Origin: Candidatus Cloacimonadales bacterium
GTDB taxonomy: Bacteria > Cloacimonadota > Cloacimonadia > Cloacimonadales > JAFGVF01
NCBI GenBank assembly: GCA_963677495.2
Contig: CAXXOU010000001.1
Coordinates: forward strand, 768,001-832,000
Direction of reading: 5' to 3'
DNA length: 64,000 nt
The notes below the pieces were generated by a model. The model was not told the origin of the DNA, did no database searches, and worked only from the letters and a program-made list of their open reading frames with translations. This document shows, one piece after another, positions 37,822 to 48,700 of the stretch. Position 1 is the first letter of the stretch, and each line of letters begins with the position of its first letter. A program made the translations under genes and the position numbers.

Positions 37822-39426
37822 TTATAAATCTATTTCCATAACAGTTTCATTGATATCTTCAAACCTCATACGGCTAAAACAATTAACCATAGAGAGAACT
37901 AGATGAATACCTTTTCCACTTTCCATAAAGACATCATCTTCAAAACTATAAGGATTTTCTCTTGAGTAGTTGATACTAGCTGGAACCCACTCAATACCTT
38001 TATCCCAGAACTTCATAGTAATCTTATCTTTTCTGAATAAGAACTCAATAACAATAATTGCATCATGCTTGTAATTGTAACCATGTATAATAATATTGTT
38101 TAAGAACTCATCAATAACAAGCTCTATTTCAGATGCTAATCTTGAATCACCAGTCCATTCCAAAACTTTCTTTTCACACGTTTCTGCAGTTGATCCCACG
38201 TCTTTAAGCATAGATCTAACTTTAAACAGTATTTTCTTCTTTAGCACACCATCAACTTCAACATTGTTAACATTATCTTGAAGTTGGAAACAGAAAAGAG
38301 TGAAGTCATCTTGTCGGATGTTAAAATTGTTTTTACTCATATAGTCTTTCAAGCGGAATGGGAATGTTATACAACTATCTATCTCTATTTCCTCTTCAAT
38401 GATCTTACGTAGTCCTTCGATTCCAAACTCGTTTCCATCCTCATCAACTGATTCGTTAAGACCATCTGTATATAAAAGAAAAACAGAATCTTCTCTTAGC
38501 TGAAGAGTTTCAATATCCTCATCAGTATATTTGATTTCTGTATCCCAACCCATTGGGACTGATCCCCTTTTATCATATATAAATGTCTTTTTAGTTGTAG
38601 TATTATATTCAACTAATGGTGGATGGCCGGCATTTAGAAATCTAAATTGCTTAGTACTGACATCTATTATACCTAGAATAAGAGTCATGTAATTAGTTTC
38701 AAAAAGCTCTTCTGATAAACGCTCATTAAGCTGATTTAAAAGAGTAGGAATATGCATATCCTTCTTCATATTTTCAACAAACATCTTAATAATACTTCTA
38801 ATAGCAGTCATTAGAAGAGCAGCTTGTACACCATGTCCGGAAATATCTGCAACATAGGCAACGTATCGATCTTTATCTAGTTTTATCCAATCGAATAAAT
38901 CACCACCTACATCACCTGATGGAACATAGTGAGATGAGAAAATTATTTGCTCATCCAAAAATACCCATTTAGGTAGCATGTTTTCTTGAATGCGAGCAGC
39001 TAACTGTATCTCTTTGTGTAACTTTTGATAAATAAATTCTTTCTCTTTTTCTGCTGCCCTTATTCGAAGAATGTTTTTGACACGTGCTTGAATTTCAACT
39101 TTATTTATCGGTTTTCTCAAGTAATCGATTGCACCGACATCAAATCCTTCTTTTAAGGATTCATCCTCTGTATTTGCTGTAATCAGTATAACCGGCAGGT
39201 CTTTATTTATATCATGGATTTTTAGACATGTTTCATATCCATTCATTACTGGCATTACAACATCAAGTAATACTAAATCATAATCATTCTTTTCTACAAG
39301 ATTAATTGCATCCATACCGCTATGACAGCTATCTATTAGATAGTCATTTTTTAAGAGATAGAATTTAAGAGTTTTTACAATAATTCTATCGTCATCAACA
39401 ATAAGAATCCTTGGTATATGAGCCAC
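37822..39426 (-). CDS. Receiver + SpoIIE/PP2C phosphatase + RsbW-like ATPase fusion
   Basis: ILIVDDD, LLDVVMP and KP (REC); VGGDLFD, ADISGHG, NAGHP, YTDG and DDFT (PP2C); E...NIIIHG, DKG and GKGI (anti-sigma kinase). Confidence 0.9.
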   Translation of the reverse strand: MAHIPRILIVDDDRIIVKTLKFYLLKNDYLIDSCHSGMDAINLVEKNDYDLVLLDVVMPVMNGYETCLKIHDINKDLPVILITANTEDESLKEGFDVGAIDYLRKPINKVEIQARVKNILRIRAAEKEKEFIYQKLHKEIQLAARIQENMLPKWVFLDEQIIFSSHYVPSGDVGGDLFDWIKLDKDRYVAYVADISGHGVQAALLMTAIRSIIKMFVENMKKDMHIPTLLNQLNERLSEELFETNYMTLILGIIDVSTKQFRFLNAGHPPLVEYNTTTKKTFIYDKRGSVPMGWDTEIKYTDEDIETLQLREDSVFLLYTDGLNESVDEDGNEFGIEGLRKIIEEEIEIDSCITFPFRLKDYMSKNNFNIRQDDFTLFCFQLQDNVNNVEVDGVLKKKILFKVRSMLKDVGSTAETCEKKVLEWTGDSRLASEIELVIDEFLNNIIIHGYNYKHDAIIVIEFLFRKDKITMKFWDKGIEWVPASINYSRENPYSFEDDVFMESGKGIHLVLSMVNCFSRMRFEDINETVMEIDL

Positions 39427-39555
39427 TATTCCCCCTGAATAACATTTATTTTTTTATAAAATCAAGTTTTAGTTTGTCAAGAGCATTTTTTCTATTGACA
39501 TCTTTAAGTGTGAATAACAAAAATTTTATACTAACCCTTATTAGGATATGATTAC

Positions 39556-42270
39556 ATGCAGCAAAATTATTTTACGATATCTAGTCCTCAGCTTAAAGAA
39601 GCTATCCAAAAACTTGGAAAGCTGGTACAAAAATCTCCAGCAGAAGCACTTAACCTTATTCAGGAAATTTCTCAAATGGAAGGTTTTAATGATGAATTAC
39701 TGGCTAAGGCATATACGGATAAGTATAGAGGAATTATCTTCTTTTCAATTAAGCAGTATGATAAAGCTTATAAATATTTTAAAAAAGCTCTGGAGAACTT
39801 TACTAAAGTTGGAGATCTTAGGGAGCAAAGTAATGTTTTAAACAATATTTCTCTTTATTACAATAGCAGAGGAGAGTATTATAAAGCTGTAGAACAACTT
39901 GAAAAAGTTCTCGAAATTCAAGAATCCCTTGGTAATCGACAAGGACAATTGGTTATATATAATAATATCTGTGAAATCTATAGAAATATTGGCAGGCATG
40001 ATAAAGCAATACGCATCTACGAAAAAGTGCTATGTTCAACCCTCAACAAACAGGACAGGTTAATGATATGCCTTATGAAGGTCAATTTAGCTGACAGTTT
40101 TTTGATGACAGGAATGTTAAAGGAAGCTGAAAATTGGATTGAAAACAATCAAGATAATATTACTAAGTGTGCCGACATTAACATGCTTAAACTACATTAT
40201 AGAAACTGTTATAATTATCACCGACTTAAAGGTAACTTTGAGGAAGCATTGGAATGTTATATAAGTTTTAGTGACTTCAGAGAACAACAAAATAAGCGAA
40301 TGGATGATTTCCAATCAGAGTTCTTCCTTAAAAAGCAGGAGCTTGAAATTCTTAAAAAACAAAAACAAGAACTAGAAGTTAAAAATAAACATCTCTTATC
40401 TCTTCAAGCATCTCTAGAAGATAAGAATACATTCCTGAACACTATCATTCATACAATTCCAATCCCATTCTTTGTTATTAATAATGATGAAGTATATCTT
40501 GAATGTAATGATTCTTTTGCTAATACTTTCGGAAAAAAGAGGGAAGATTTTATTGGAAAGAAAGTTGGTGTTTCCTCATCAATGATTCAAACAGAGCTCT
40601 ATTTCGAAATGGATAAGAAACTTTTAAGAGACAAGAAACTTCAAATATATGAGACATCCCTACTTAACAATGATGGTAAAGTTATTAATGTTATGTTCTT
40701 CAAAAATGTCTACTATGATAATAATGGTGAAGTTGCAGGAATTCTAGGGTCATTCATTGATTTAACAGAGAAGAAGGAATTGATCAAATCTCTTCATAAA
40801 TCAGAAGAACAGCTATCTGCTGTTTTCCATCATGCAGCTGTAGGTATTGCAGTATTTTCTGTTAAATGGGATGCATTGTTTATAAATAGGTATCTTATTG
40901 AACTACTGGGTTTCGATCTACAAGACTTAAAAAACCTTAAGCACAAAGTCTTTTCCAATAAGAAATCAAGGGCATTCTTCGATGATATTTTCGTGCAACT
41001 TCGCAAAGGTGAGACTAAGTATATTAGAAAGATCTATAGAATGATATCAAAGAGTAATAAAGAAGTATGGGGAGATATTTCCATCTCAATGCTACATGAT
41101 GAGTTCAACAACCCTGATAGTTTTATATGTGTATTCTCGGATATAACAGAAGCCAAACAATATGAAGACTCTATTTCCAAGCTTAACACATTATTGCAGT
41201 CTGTTATGAACAGTCCATACAAAATCTATATTGCATCACTGGATAGAAACTTCCGTTACACTTCTTATAACAAGAACTATAAAGAGGCCCTTCAAAGACA
41301 CAGAAAGATCAATATTGTAACGGGTAGGTATTACCTTGATAATTATAGTGATCCTGAAGATAAAGATATACATCGTCAAATCCTGGAAAAAGTACTCAAA
41401 GGTGAGATACATAAAGGTTTGAGGGAATATGATTATGAGGATGTTCACGAAATACTAGAATACTTCTACTGCCCCATTTATGGTTCTAATGGAAATATAG
41501 AGGGCATAACTATCTACACTGTTGATGTAACAGATAAGATGAAAATCCAAAGAGAACTCAGACACTCAGAGACAGAACTCAAGCTTGCGAACAAAACAAA
41601 AGACCAGTTCTTCTCTATTATTGCACATGACCTTAGAGCCCCTCTTGGTAACATCAAATCTGTCCTTGATTTCATCAGTAATAATGAAGAATCATTAACT
41701 GAAGAGGAAAAAACTGATTTCATACGTGAGCTAAATATGGAAGCAGCAGAAACTTTCAATCTATTAGAGAATCTGCTACTCTGGTCTAGAAGTCAAAGAA
41801 ATGGTATTGTTATTAATCCAACAAGAGTTGAGATAAAGAAACTTATTACAAGTATTTTAAAAGTTTATTACAGTATAGCTCTACGTAAGTCAATTGAGAT
41901 CACAACTAACCTTGAACCAACTCTTATTGGTTTCTTTGACTATCACACTATCGAAACTGTGATCAGAAACATACTAAATAATGCGATCAAGTTCACTCCA
42001 TCCGGTGGAACAATTATGGTTTCTGCTTATAATCAAAACGATCAAATATGCATTGTTATCTCAGATTCAGGTATTGGTATCCCTAAATCAAGATTGTCTT
42101 CTATTTTTCAACTTAATGAAGTTAGTAATATTAACTCCAGAGAAGATTCCAATACCGGATTAGGATTGATACTCTCTCATGATTTCATTGAGAAGAATAA
42201 TGGTTCTATTAGCATAAAAAGTGTTGTAGGTGAAGGCTCTACCTTTACTATAATGTTACCAAAGCAATAA
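39556..42270 (+). CDS. Cytoplasmic TPR-PAS sensor histidine kinase
   Basis: N-terminal TPRs, about three PAS/PAC domains, IIAHDLRAP H-box, NAIKFT, DSGIG, GLGL; no TM segment. Confidence 0.92.
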   Translation: MQQNYFTISSPQLKEAIQKLGKLVQKSPAEALNLIQEISQMEGFNDELLAKAYTDKYRGIIFFSIKQYDKAYKYFKKALENFTKVGDLREQSNVLNNISLYYNSRGEYYKAVEQLEKVLEIQESLGNRQGQLVIYNNICEIYRNIGRHDKAIRIYEKVLCSTLNKQDRLMICLMKVNLADSFLMTGMLKEAENWIENNQDNITKCADINMLKLHYRNCYNYHRLKGNFEEALECYISFSDFREQQNKRMDDFQSEFFLKKQELEILKKQKQELEVKNKHLLSLQASLEDKNTFLNTIIHTIPIPFFVINNDEVYLECNDSFANTFGKKREDFIGKKVGVSSSMIQTELYFEMDKKLLRDKKLQIYETSLLNNDGKVINVMFFKNVYYDNNGEVAGILGSFIDLTEKKELIKSLHKSEEQLSAVFHHAAVGIAVFSVKWDALFINRYLIELLGFDLQDLKNLKHKVFSNKKSRAFFDDIFVQLRKGETKYIRKIYRMISKSNKEVWGDISISMLHDEFNNPDSFICVFSDITEAKQYEDSISKLNTLLQSVMNSPYKIYIASLDRNFRYTSYNKNYKEALQRHRKINIVTGRYYLDNYSDPEDKDIHRQILEKVLKGEIHKGLREYDYEDVHEILEYFYCPIYGSNGNIEGITIYTVDVTDKMKIQRELRHSETELKLANKTKDQFFSIIAHDLRAPLGNIKSVLDFISNNEESLTEEEKTDFIRELNMEAAETFNLLENLLLWSRSQRNGIVINPTRVEIKKLITSILKVYYSIALRKSIEITTNLEPTLIGFFDYHTIETVIRNILNNAIKFTPSGGTIMVSAYNQNDQICIVISDSGIGIPKSRLSSIFQLNEVSNINSREDSNTGLGLILSHDFIEKNNGSISIKSVVGEGSTFTIMLPKQ

Positions 42271-42395
42271 GCGATTTATTGTATTTATCTAAAAAGGGAA
42301 TACAAAACTGTATTCCCTCTCTCGATCACCAGCAAGCAGACCTGCAAGTATAATCTCTGTTCGAACTCCAGTTATTCCGCATTAACTTTTCATTG

Positions 42396-42498
42396 CACTA
42401 TCATAATACAAGAGAGAAAATTGTCCGATTCTAGGGAGTCTCTTGGGCCTCTCCTGTACTGATTCCGAAGTGACTGTCAGTGCAGGTGGCAGAAATTG
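42396..42498. repeat. Dispersed intergenic element, related to 12969-13060
   Basis: cactatcataat-N28-gagtctcttg-N22-aagtga-N18-gaaattg. Confidence 0.65.
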
Positions 42499-42695
42499 AC
42501 GGTTATAAATACAATATTAAGATGGTCTGATGTAAGTCAAATAACTGACTAATGCTACATAATCAAAATATCGAGAAAACTATAAAGGATAGTTAACAAT
42601 ATCCATTAATTCCCAAGTGCAAAATAAATTTGACATTATTGAATACATTACTTTATTCATACACAGAAATATTTAAAAGAACACAGGAGGACGAT

Positions 42696-43622
42696 ATGTC
42701 TAAAAAAGTACTTGTTGCAACAGTTAAACCTTTTTCAAAAGATGCAGTAGTTGCAATCGAAAAAGAATGCAAAAATGCAGGTTATGAGTTAGTTCTGTTA
42801 GAGAAATATGAGGATAATGCTCAATTTCTTGAGGCAGTGAAAGATGTTGATGCTTTAATCATTAGATCAGATAAGGTTACACCGGAAGTTATAGCAAAAG
42901 CAGAAAATCTCAAGATTGTTGTTCGTGGTGGAGCCGGTTATGATAATGTTAACCTTGAAGCCGCAAATGATAAGAACATTATTGTAATGAACACACCTGG
43001 TCAGAACTCCAATGCAGTTGCAGAGCTTGCGTTTGGTATGATGTTATTCATGGCTCGCAACAAGCTTAATCCTAAAGCCGGAACAGAGCTTAGAGCAAAA
43101 ACACTCGGTATCCATGCTTATGGAAATATTGGTCGTTTAATAGCTCAAATTGCAAAGGGTTTCGGTATGGAAGTGTTTGCATATGATCCATTTGTTTGTG
43201 ATTGCAAAATGGAAGAAGATGGAGTAACACCAGTCAAAACAGTAGAGGAGCTTTATGCTAAATGTCAGTATATCTCACTCCACTTACCATCAAATGCTAA
43301 GACAAAAGAATCAATTAATTATGACTTATTGAGCTCAATGCCTAAAAATGCTGTGCTTGTAAATACAGCTCGTAAAGAAGTTGTTCATGAGGCTGACTTG
43401 ATGAAGTTAATGGCTGAGAGAGATGACTTCAAATATCTATCCGATATTGCACCTGTATGCAGAGAAGAACTTGAAGCTAAATTTGCGGATAGAGTACTGT
43501 TCACACCTAAGAAGATGGGTGCTCAGACGGGTGAAGCTAATTTCAATGCAGGTATGGCTGCAATTAAACAGATAATTGGTTACTTTGAGAATGGAGATAC
43601 AACATTCCAGGTAAACAAATAA
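42696..43622 (+). CDS. serA: D-3-phosphoglycerate dehydrogenase-like 2-hydroxyacid dehydrogenase (short, Lys-type)
   Basis: RGGAGYDNV, NTPGQNSNAVAE, AYGNIG, NTAR, TPKKMGAQT; RBS aggagg before MSKK (ORF track start 42630). Confidence 0.8.
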   Translation: MSKKVLVATVKPFSKDAVVAIEKECKNAGYELVLLEKYEDNAQFLEAVKDVDALIIRSDKVTPEVIAKAENLKIVVRGGAGYDNVNLEAANDKNIIVMNTPGQNSNAVAELAFGMMLFMARNKLNPKAGTELRAKTLGIHAYGNIGRLIAQIAKGFGMEVFAYDPFVCDCKMEEDGVTPVKTVEELYAKCQYISLHLPSNAKTKESINYDLLSSMPKNAVLVNTARKEVVHEADLMKLMAERDDFKYLSDIAPVCREELEAKFADRVLFTPKKMGAQTGEANFNAGMAAIKQIIGYFENGDTTFQVNK

Positions 43623-43638
43623 TCAAAAAAAGTTATGT

Positions 43639-43670
43639 ATAGGGATGGCTAAAAGCTATCCCTATTTTTT
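43639..43670. terminator. Terminator between convergent genes
   Basis: atagggatggc/gctatccctat stem followed by a T run. Confidence 0.7.
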
Positions 43671-44657
43671 ATTATCTTCATTATCAGATTCTTTCTTTAT
43701 TTCAGAGGCAGCGGTAGGAGCTACAGGAACACCATAAGTATCAGCAATATCTCTAAACTGTTCATCAGATAAAACAGGTCTACCTTTTTCTCGTTTCAGA
43801 ATAAGATCAGCTAGATTATCGGGCATATTTTCCGGTTTACAAGCAGTAACACTACCGGGAACACTCGGCAAGTCAGTTACTCGAATATTACCTGACTCAG
43901 TGATCTCAACATTTGTAAAAAGAAAACTTGGTGTTTCTTTATTATGCTCAAAGAATACCATAGTTAATCGATAATGATTTTTTGCTAATAGTCTGATTTG
44001 ATAATCATGAATTTTCTTTATATTAAGTTTAGGAATCTCATCTGTAGAAATCTTTTTACCAAAATAAATCCTCATCTTTTCTAAAGAATCAGTTTCAACA
44101 CACTTCTTAAATTTCTTCATAAAGCGTTGAATGTTTTCATTCAGTTTTGCACCGACAATATCCTTGGAAGTACGATATCCGGTTCGGATATGGTATTCAG
44201 CGAAAATATCTTTTTTGACACGATATAAAAGCTTTTTTAGTTTGTCATAACCTATATCTTCTCGCTCTGCAATCGCCCTAATCTTATCACCAGTTGAGAA
44301 GTATATATTAATCAGACGTTTTTGCTCAGGAGGTAGAGTATTGATAATTTCATCCAAAATAGGGTCATGTTTTTTCTCTTCGATAACATGGCTTTCCGGT
44401 AATTGTTCATCCGGAATAACATCGAAGTCTTGTCCTGTAAGAGAAATCTTGTTGTTCTTACAGAAGTCAGCGATTTCGTTGTTTGTAACCTTTGTCACCC
44501 AAGTTTTAATAGCTTCAGGTTTAACTTTCTCTATATTTAAATAGAGCTTCATTAAAACAATTTGAGCTATGTCTTCAGCGTCTTCTTTTGCTCCCAACTT
44601 CTTGTAGGCTATGCGAAAAGCTACATTTTGTACTGTTGTAAAATCAATTTTATCCAT
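43662..44657 (-). CDS. ECF-type sigma-70 factor with long C-terminal extension
   Basis: Sigma2 DAEDIAQ...WVTKVTNN; sigma4 LPPEQKRLI...IAEREDI; about 170 extra C-terminal residues. Confidence 0.85.
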   Translation of the reverse strand: MDKIDFTTVQNVAFRIAYKKLGAKEDAEDIAQIVLMKLYLNIEKVKPEAIKTWVTKVTNNEIADFCKNNKISLTGQDFDVIPDEQLPESHVIEEKKHDPILDEIINTLPPEQKRLINIYFSTGDKIRAIAEREDIGYDKLKKLLYRVKKDIFAEYHIRTGYRTSKDIVGAKLNENIQRFMKKFKKCVETDSLEKMRIYFGKKISTDEIPKLNIKKIHDYQIRLLAKNHYRLTMVFFEHNKETPSFLFTNVEITESGNIRVTDLPSVPGSVTACKPENMPDNLADLILKREKGRPVLSDEQFRDIADTYGVPVAPTAASEIKKESDNEDNKK

Positions 44658-44727
44658 TACTTTGCGTCCCCGTTTTAAAAAAACTCAGTCTTACTATGTG
44701 AAACTTAATCGAAAAGCGAGGTTTAAA

Positions 44728-44967
44728 ATGAAAAAGTTAGTTCTTTCTTTCCTAATGGTCGTAGTCTTAGTAAGTGGAATTTTTTGTCAAACATTTACTA
44801 CTGCAAGTGGAAGTACAAAGGTTGTAGCAGCTACACCTGTAATCAGTATAACAGATTTAGAAGGTGTCGATTATACAATAATAGTTATGAAAGCTGATGT
44901 AGATGATGGATCAGGAGATATTGAATATGTAGAGGTAGACGGAACTGTTTACATTCTAAATAGATAA
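44728..44967 (+). CDS. Small secreted protein (79 aa)
   Basis: RBS gaggt; MKKLVLSFLMVVVLVSGIFC signal peptide; divergent from the sigma gene. Confidence 0.75.
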   Translation: MKKLVLSFLMVVVLVSGIFCQTFTTASGSTKVVAATPVISITDLEGVDYTIIVMKADVDDGSGDIEYVEVDGTVYILNR

Positions 44968-45043
44968 TTCAACCACATACTTAGATATCAGTCTAAATTT
45001 GATTTCGTAAATCAAGATTTTTTAAAGCTAAAGGAAGTGAATA

Positions 45044-45214
45044 ATGAGAAACACAGAAGTTAACAGATACAATAATGAATATTGGAACGAATCTGGTTGT
45101 GGGAGTAAGCAGGATAACCAATTGCTTATTATCAGAGACGATCGTGTTAAAGCCGACGAAATAGAATTTTTCCCGTCAGCTATCTCAGATAGTTGCACAC
45201 TTGTTCTTCTGTAG
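45044..45214 (+). CDS. Possible 56-aa small ORF (below the ORF-track cutoff)
   Basis: aaggaag before ATG; MRNTEVNRYNNEYWNESGCG...CTLVLL; no homology recognised. Confidence 0.3.
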   Translation: MRNTEVNRYNNEYWNESGCGSKQDNQLLIIRDDRVKADEIEFFPSAISDSCTLVLL

Positions 45215-45608
45215 AGTCTGTAGACTCACACATTGATACTGGTTTAGAACACCTGTTTTAGGTATTGTTCTATGTAATACATGCAAAAAACATGTAAGAA
45301 GTCTTTATTTCCTAATAGTTTACACAAGTTTTTTACGGAATCGTATATAGATGAGATTTTAATCTCTTCAATTTAGTGCTATATGTGTTTATTTGTGCAC
45401 CGATCACCCAATCGGGAAAACTAAAATAGGGTAAAATTCGTTTTGGGCGTAATGCTTTTCCTATATCCGGAAATGGAATATGCATAATGCTTTTCGATTT
45501 AAGTTTTTTAAGTTTCAAAATAAATTTTGGGTAATCCTCGCAATTTTACCCCAAAATACCCGCTTCCCTCCTTGTAACAGCCGTTCTGGCTGTTCTTTCT
45601 TTCCTAAA

Positions 45609-45650
45609 ACCCTCACTTCCCCCCTTGGAAGTGAGGGTCTTACTTTTTTA
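45609..45650 (+). terminator. Strong hairpin, terminator-like
   Basis: accctcacttcc/ggaagtgagggt perfect 12-bp stem then T-rich tract. Confidence 0.65.
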
Positions 45651-45704
45651 TCCATTTTTTCTTGACTCATATGTTTATTCTAAGATATATTATAAGCATA
45701 AAGG

Positions 45705-48700
45705 ATGGTCACCATGAAGAAAATCTATTTTGTTATTTATATACTCACGCATGTAGTTATAACTATTCAATCAATTAGAATTGATATAAATTTTAGTAGT
45801 CTTCAACCAAATGTTCTTTCTGAGATAAACAAAGATTTTAAGTACCCTGAAAAGATCGGAGAACCGGCAATTCCCTTTGTATCTAAACAAATTGTCTTAC
45901 CTTTTGGGCACCGAATAAAAGAGATTAATTATACCTCTTCCAATGATTATGTAGAAATTGATTTTCAAATACCTCCTATTCAACCTAATGCAACTTTCAC
46001 GCATGGAACATTCAGTTATGAGTTTGACAATGATATATATTCTCAGAATGAGTACTATCCAAATTCACCATATGAGTTAATGGGGGTACATAGAAAAAAT
46101 GGTGTGGACATTGCTGTTATCCGAATTTATCAATACCAGTATAATCCAATTAATGAAGATTTGATTGCCCATAAAAATCTAGCATTGAGCATTCAAACTG
46201 AATACTTACAAGAGATCGCTACAGAGCAAAGTAAGATGCTTCTTAATCCAGATAAACTGAGTGCTTCACTTTCAGCACTTAATCTAGAAAATTCAGAGCT
46301 GATAAGTACCTACTTTAACCAGAATCAAAACAGTAACAATCATAGAACATCATTAGTTTCTCCATCCAACCCATATAAGTATATAATAATCTCACCCTCA
46401 AATTATAGTACTGAATGGGCTACATTTATTAACCACAAAGCAAATTTGGGTGTTAACGTTGAAGTTTTTCTTACTTCAGATATTTATGCTAACTATTCGG
46501 GTAGAGATAACGCAGAAAAGGTTAGAAACTTCATTATAGACGCCTATACATCATGGTCCGGAACGGCCACGCCTCTTGAATATGTCCTAATGGGAGGAGA
46601 TTTCCAAGAAGTACCGGTTCGTTACGTTAAGGTTACTTCATACTATAATTCCGCCTGGAATCAGAACAGCTTAATATGTGACCAATACTTTTCAAACTTA
46701 GATGGAGACTGGGATAATGATGCTGATAATAGATTTGGAGAAGGTGATAGCTCTCTACACATTGAAGCTACCGGAACAGCTGGTGACGAAGCAGATTACT
46801 TAGCAGAACTTTCAATTGGTAGAGCTTCTAGTGATGATGTTGTTTACCTTCAGAACTGGATAAACAAAACTATTACTTATGAGAATAGCATTATTGGTGC
46901 AGATTATCTCAAGCGTACCGGTCTAATTGGAGAATACTTAGGTGGGGGAGCTTGGGGTGGTGACCATCAAGATGAAATTGAAACTTTCATTCCAGATTTT
47001 TACACTACAAAACTATATGCAAATGATGGTTCTTTTAACAAAACAAATGTAACAAATCTTATTAACAATGGAGTAAACATTATCTCACATATTGGTCATG
47101 GTAGAAGCTCCAATGTTCTTAGTTTGTATGAAGGTGATGTTGATACATTATTAACTAATACAGATTATTGCTTCATCTATACACAAGCTTGCGGAACTGC
47201 TAATATTGGTTATATAAATGCGATTGGTGAAATATTAACTAAGTACCCTCATGGAGCATTTGCATACATTGGAAACACTCATTATGGATTCTACAGCAGT
47301 TTTTTCAACCAAGGCTCAAACCAACTCTGTAATAGAGAGTTTTTTGATGCTATTATGAATGAAGGGATAGTAGAATTAGGTAGAGCAAATACTGATTCTA
47401 AAGAGGATATTATTGATTTAGTAGGTACAGTAGGAACAATGAGGCAGACCTACTTGGAGTTGATGCTCTTTGGTGACCCAATATTAACATTACATAAAGA
47501 TGTTGCAACACTTAGTGCTGAACAAACAGGCTCTACAGAGGTAACTCTACACTTAGATGATTTTACTCCTGACAATACTGCATATTCAGGGACATATACT
47601 GTTTATGAGCGAGATAACTCAAGCTCAGTAATTGGAGTTTCTAACATCTCGGTATCAGGTAGTGATATAATCTTATCGCTTTCTTCTGCTATACCGGAAG
47701 GAATCCCTTTCTCAGTTGATATATCAGGAATAACAGGAGTAAGCGGAGTCCTGACTAAAAACATTGCTATGCTTTCGAACATTATTGAGTTAAGTGTGAT
47801 AACTAATGATACATGGACAATCTCAAATAGTCCGTATTATGTCTACAAATACCTCTTCGTAAAAAATAGTCTCAATATTGAACCGGGTGTGGAGGTAAGA
47901 GTAAACTCAGACATCGGTATTTACATTTACGATAATGGAAACCTAAACGCTTCTGGAACTCAAGAAAACCCCATAATATTTAGTAGTTATGATCCTACAT
48001 CCACAGTTGAAGGTGATTGGGTAGATATAACTTTTCATGAAAGTTGTGCAACTTCAGGAAACTCTCTGTCTCATTGCATTGTTAAAAATGCTTCATCAGG
48101 AGTATGGGTAGACTCAACAGCTGTTGTCTCAATATCAGATTGTATGATTATCAACTCTCCTGACTACGGCTTCTATAGTTATTATGGAAATCAGACTCTC
48201 TCGAACACAATAATAGCATTCAACAATGGTTCTGTAGGTGAAAATGGAGTATATTTTGAAGGTGTTAACTCAGTAGTTTCAAACCTTACTTTCTCTGGGA
48301 ATGATATTGCCGATTTTACAGTTATCGATTCTGACCTGCAGATTACTAACAGTATAATTAGAGGTTTAAACGGTTCTATCATAGATACGGGTTCTACATT
48401 ACAAATTGACTACTCCAATATTGATGGTGGATATCCCGGTACAGGTAACATTGATATGGATCCCATGTTTAATGATCCGGACAGTAATGACTATTCTCTT
48501 GATGCTAACTCTCCATGCATAGATACCGGAGATGAGGGTGATGATAGTGACCCGGATGACACGATCCCTGATATGGGTGCAGTTTATTATGACCATCCAA
48601 TATCTTTTTCTGCTTTGTTCACTAGAGGAGACGCACCAATAGATGTTTCCTTTACTAATGAATCAGAAGGATCTCCAACTCTTATACAATGGGATTTTGA

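Noticed and set aside
44655..44730. c-di-GMP-I riboswitch (gggacgcaaag on the minus strand)
   Set aside because: The upstream GGCAAA/GAAA stem and the second hairpin are absent; the word overlaps the sigma gene RBS.
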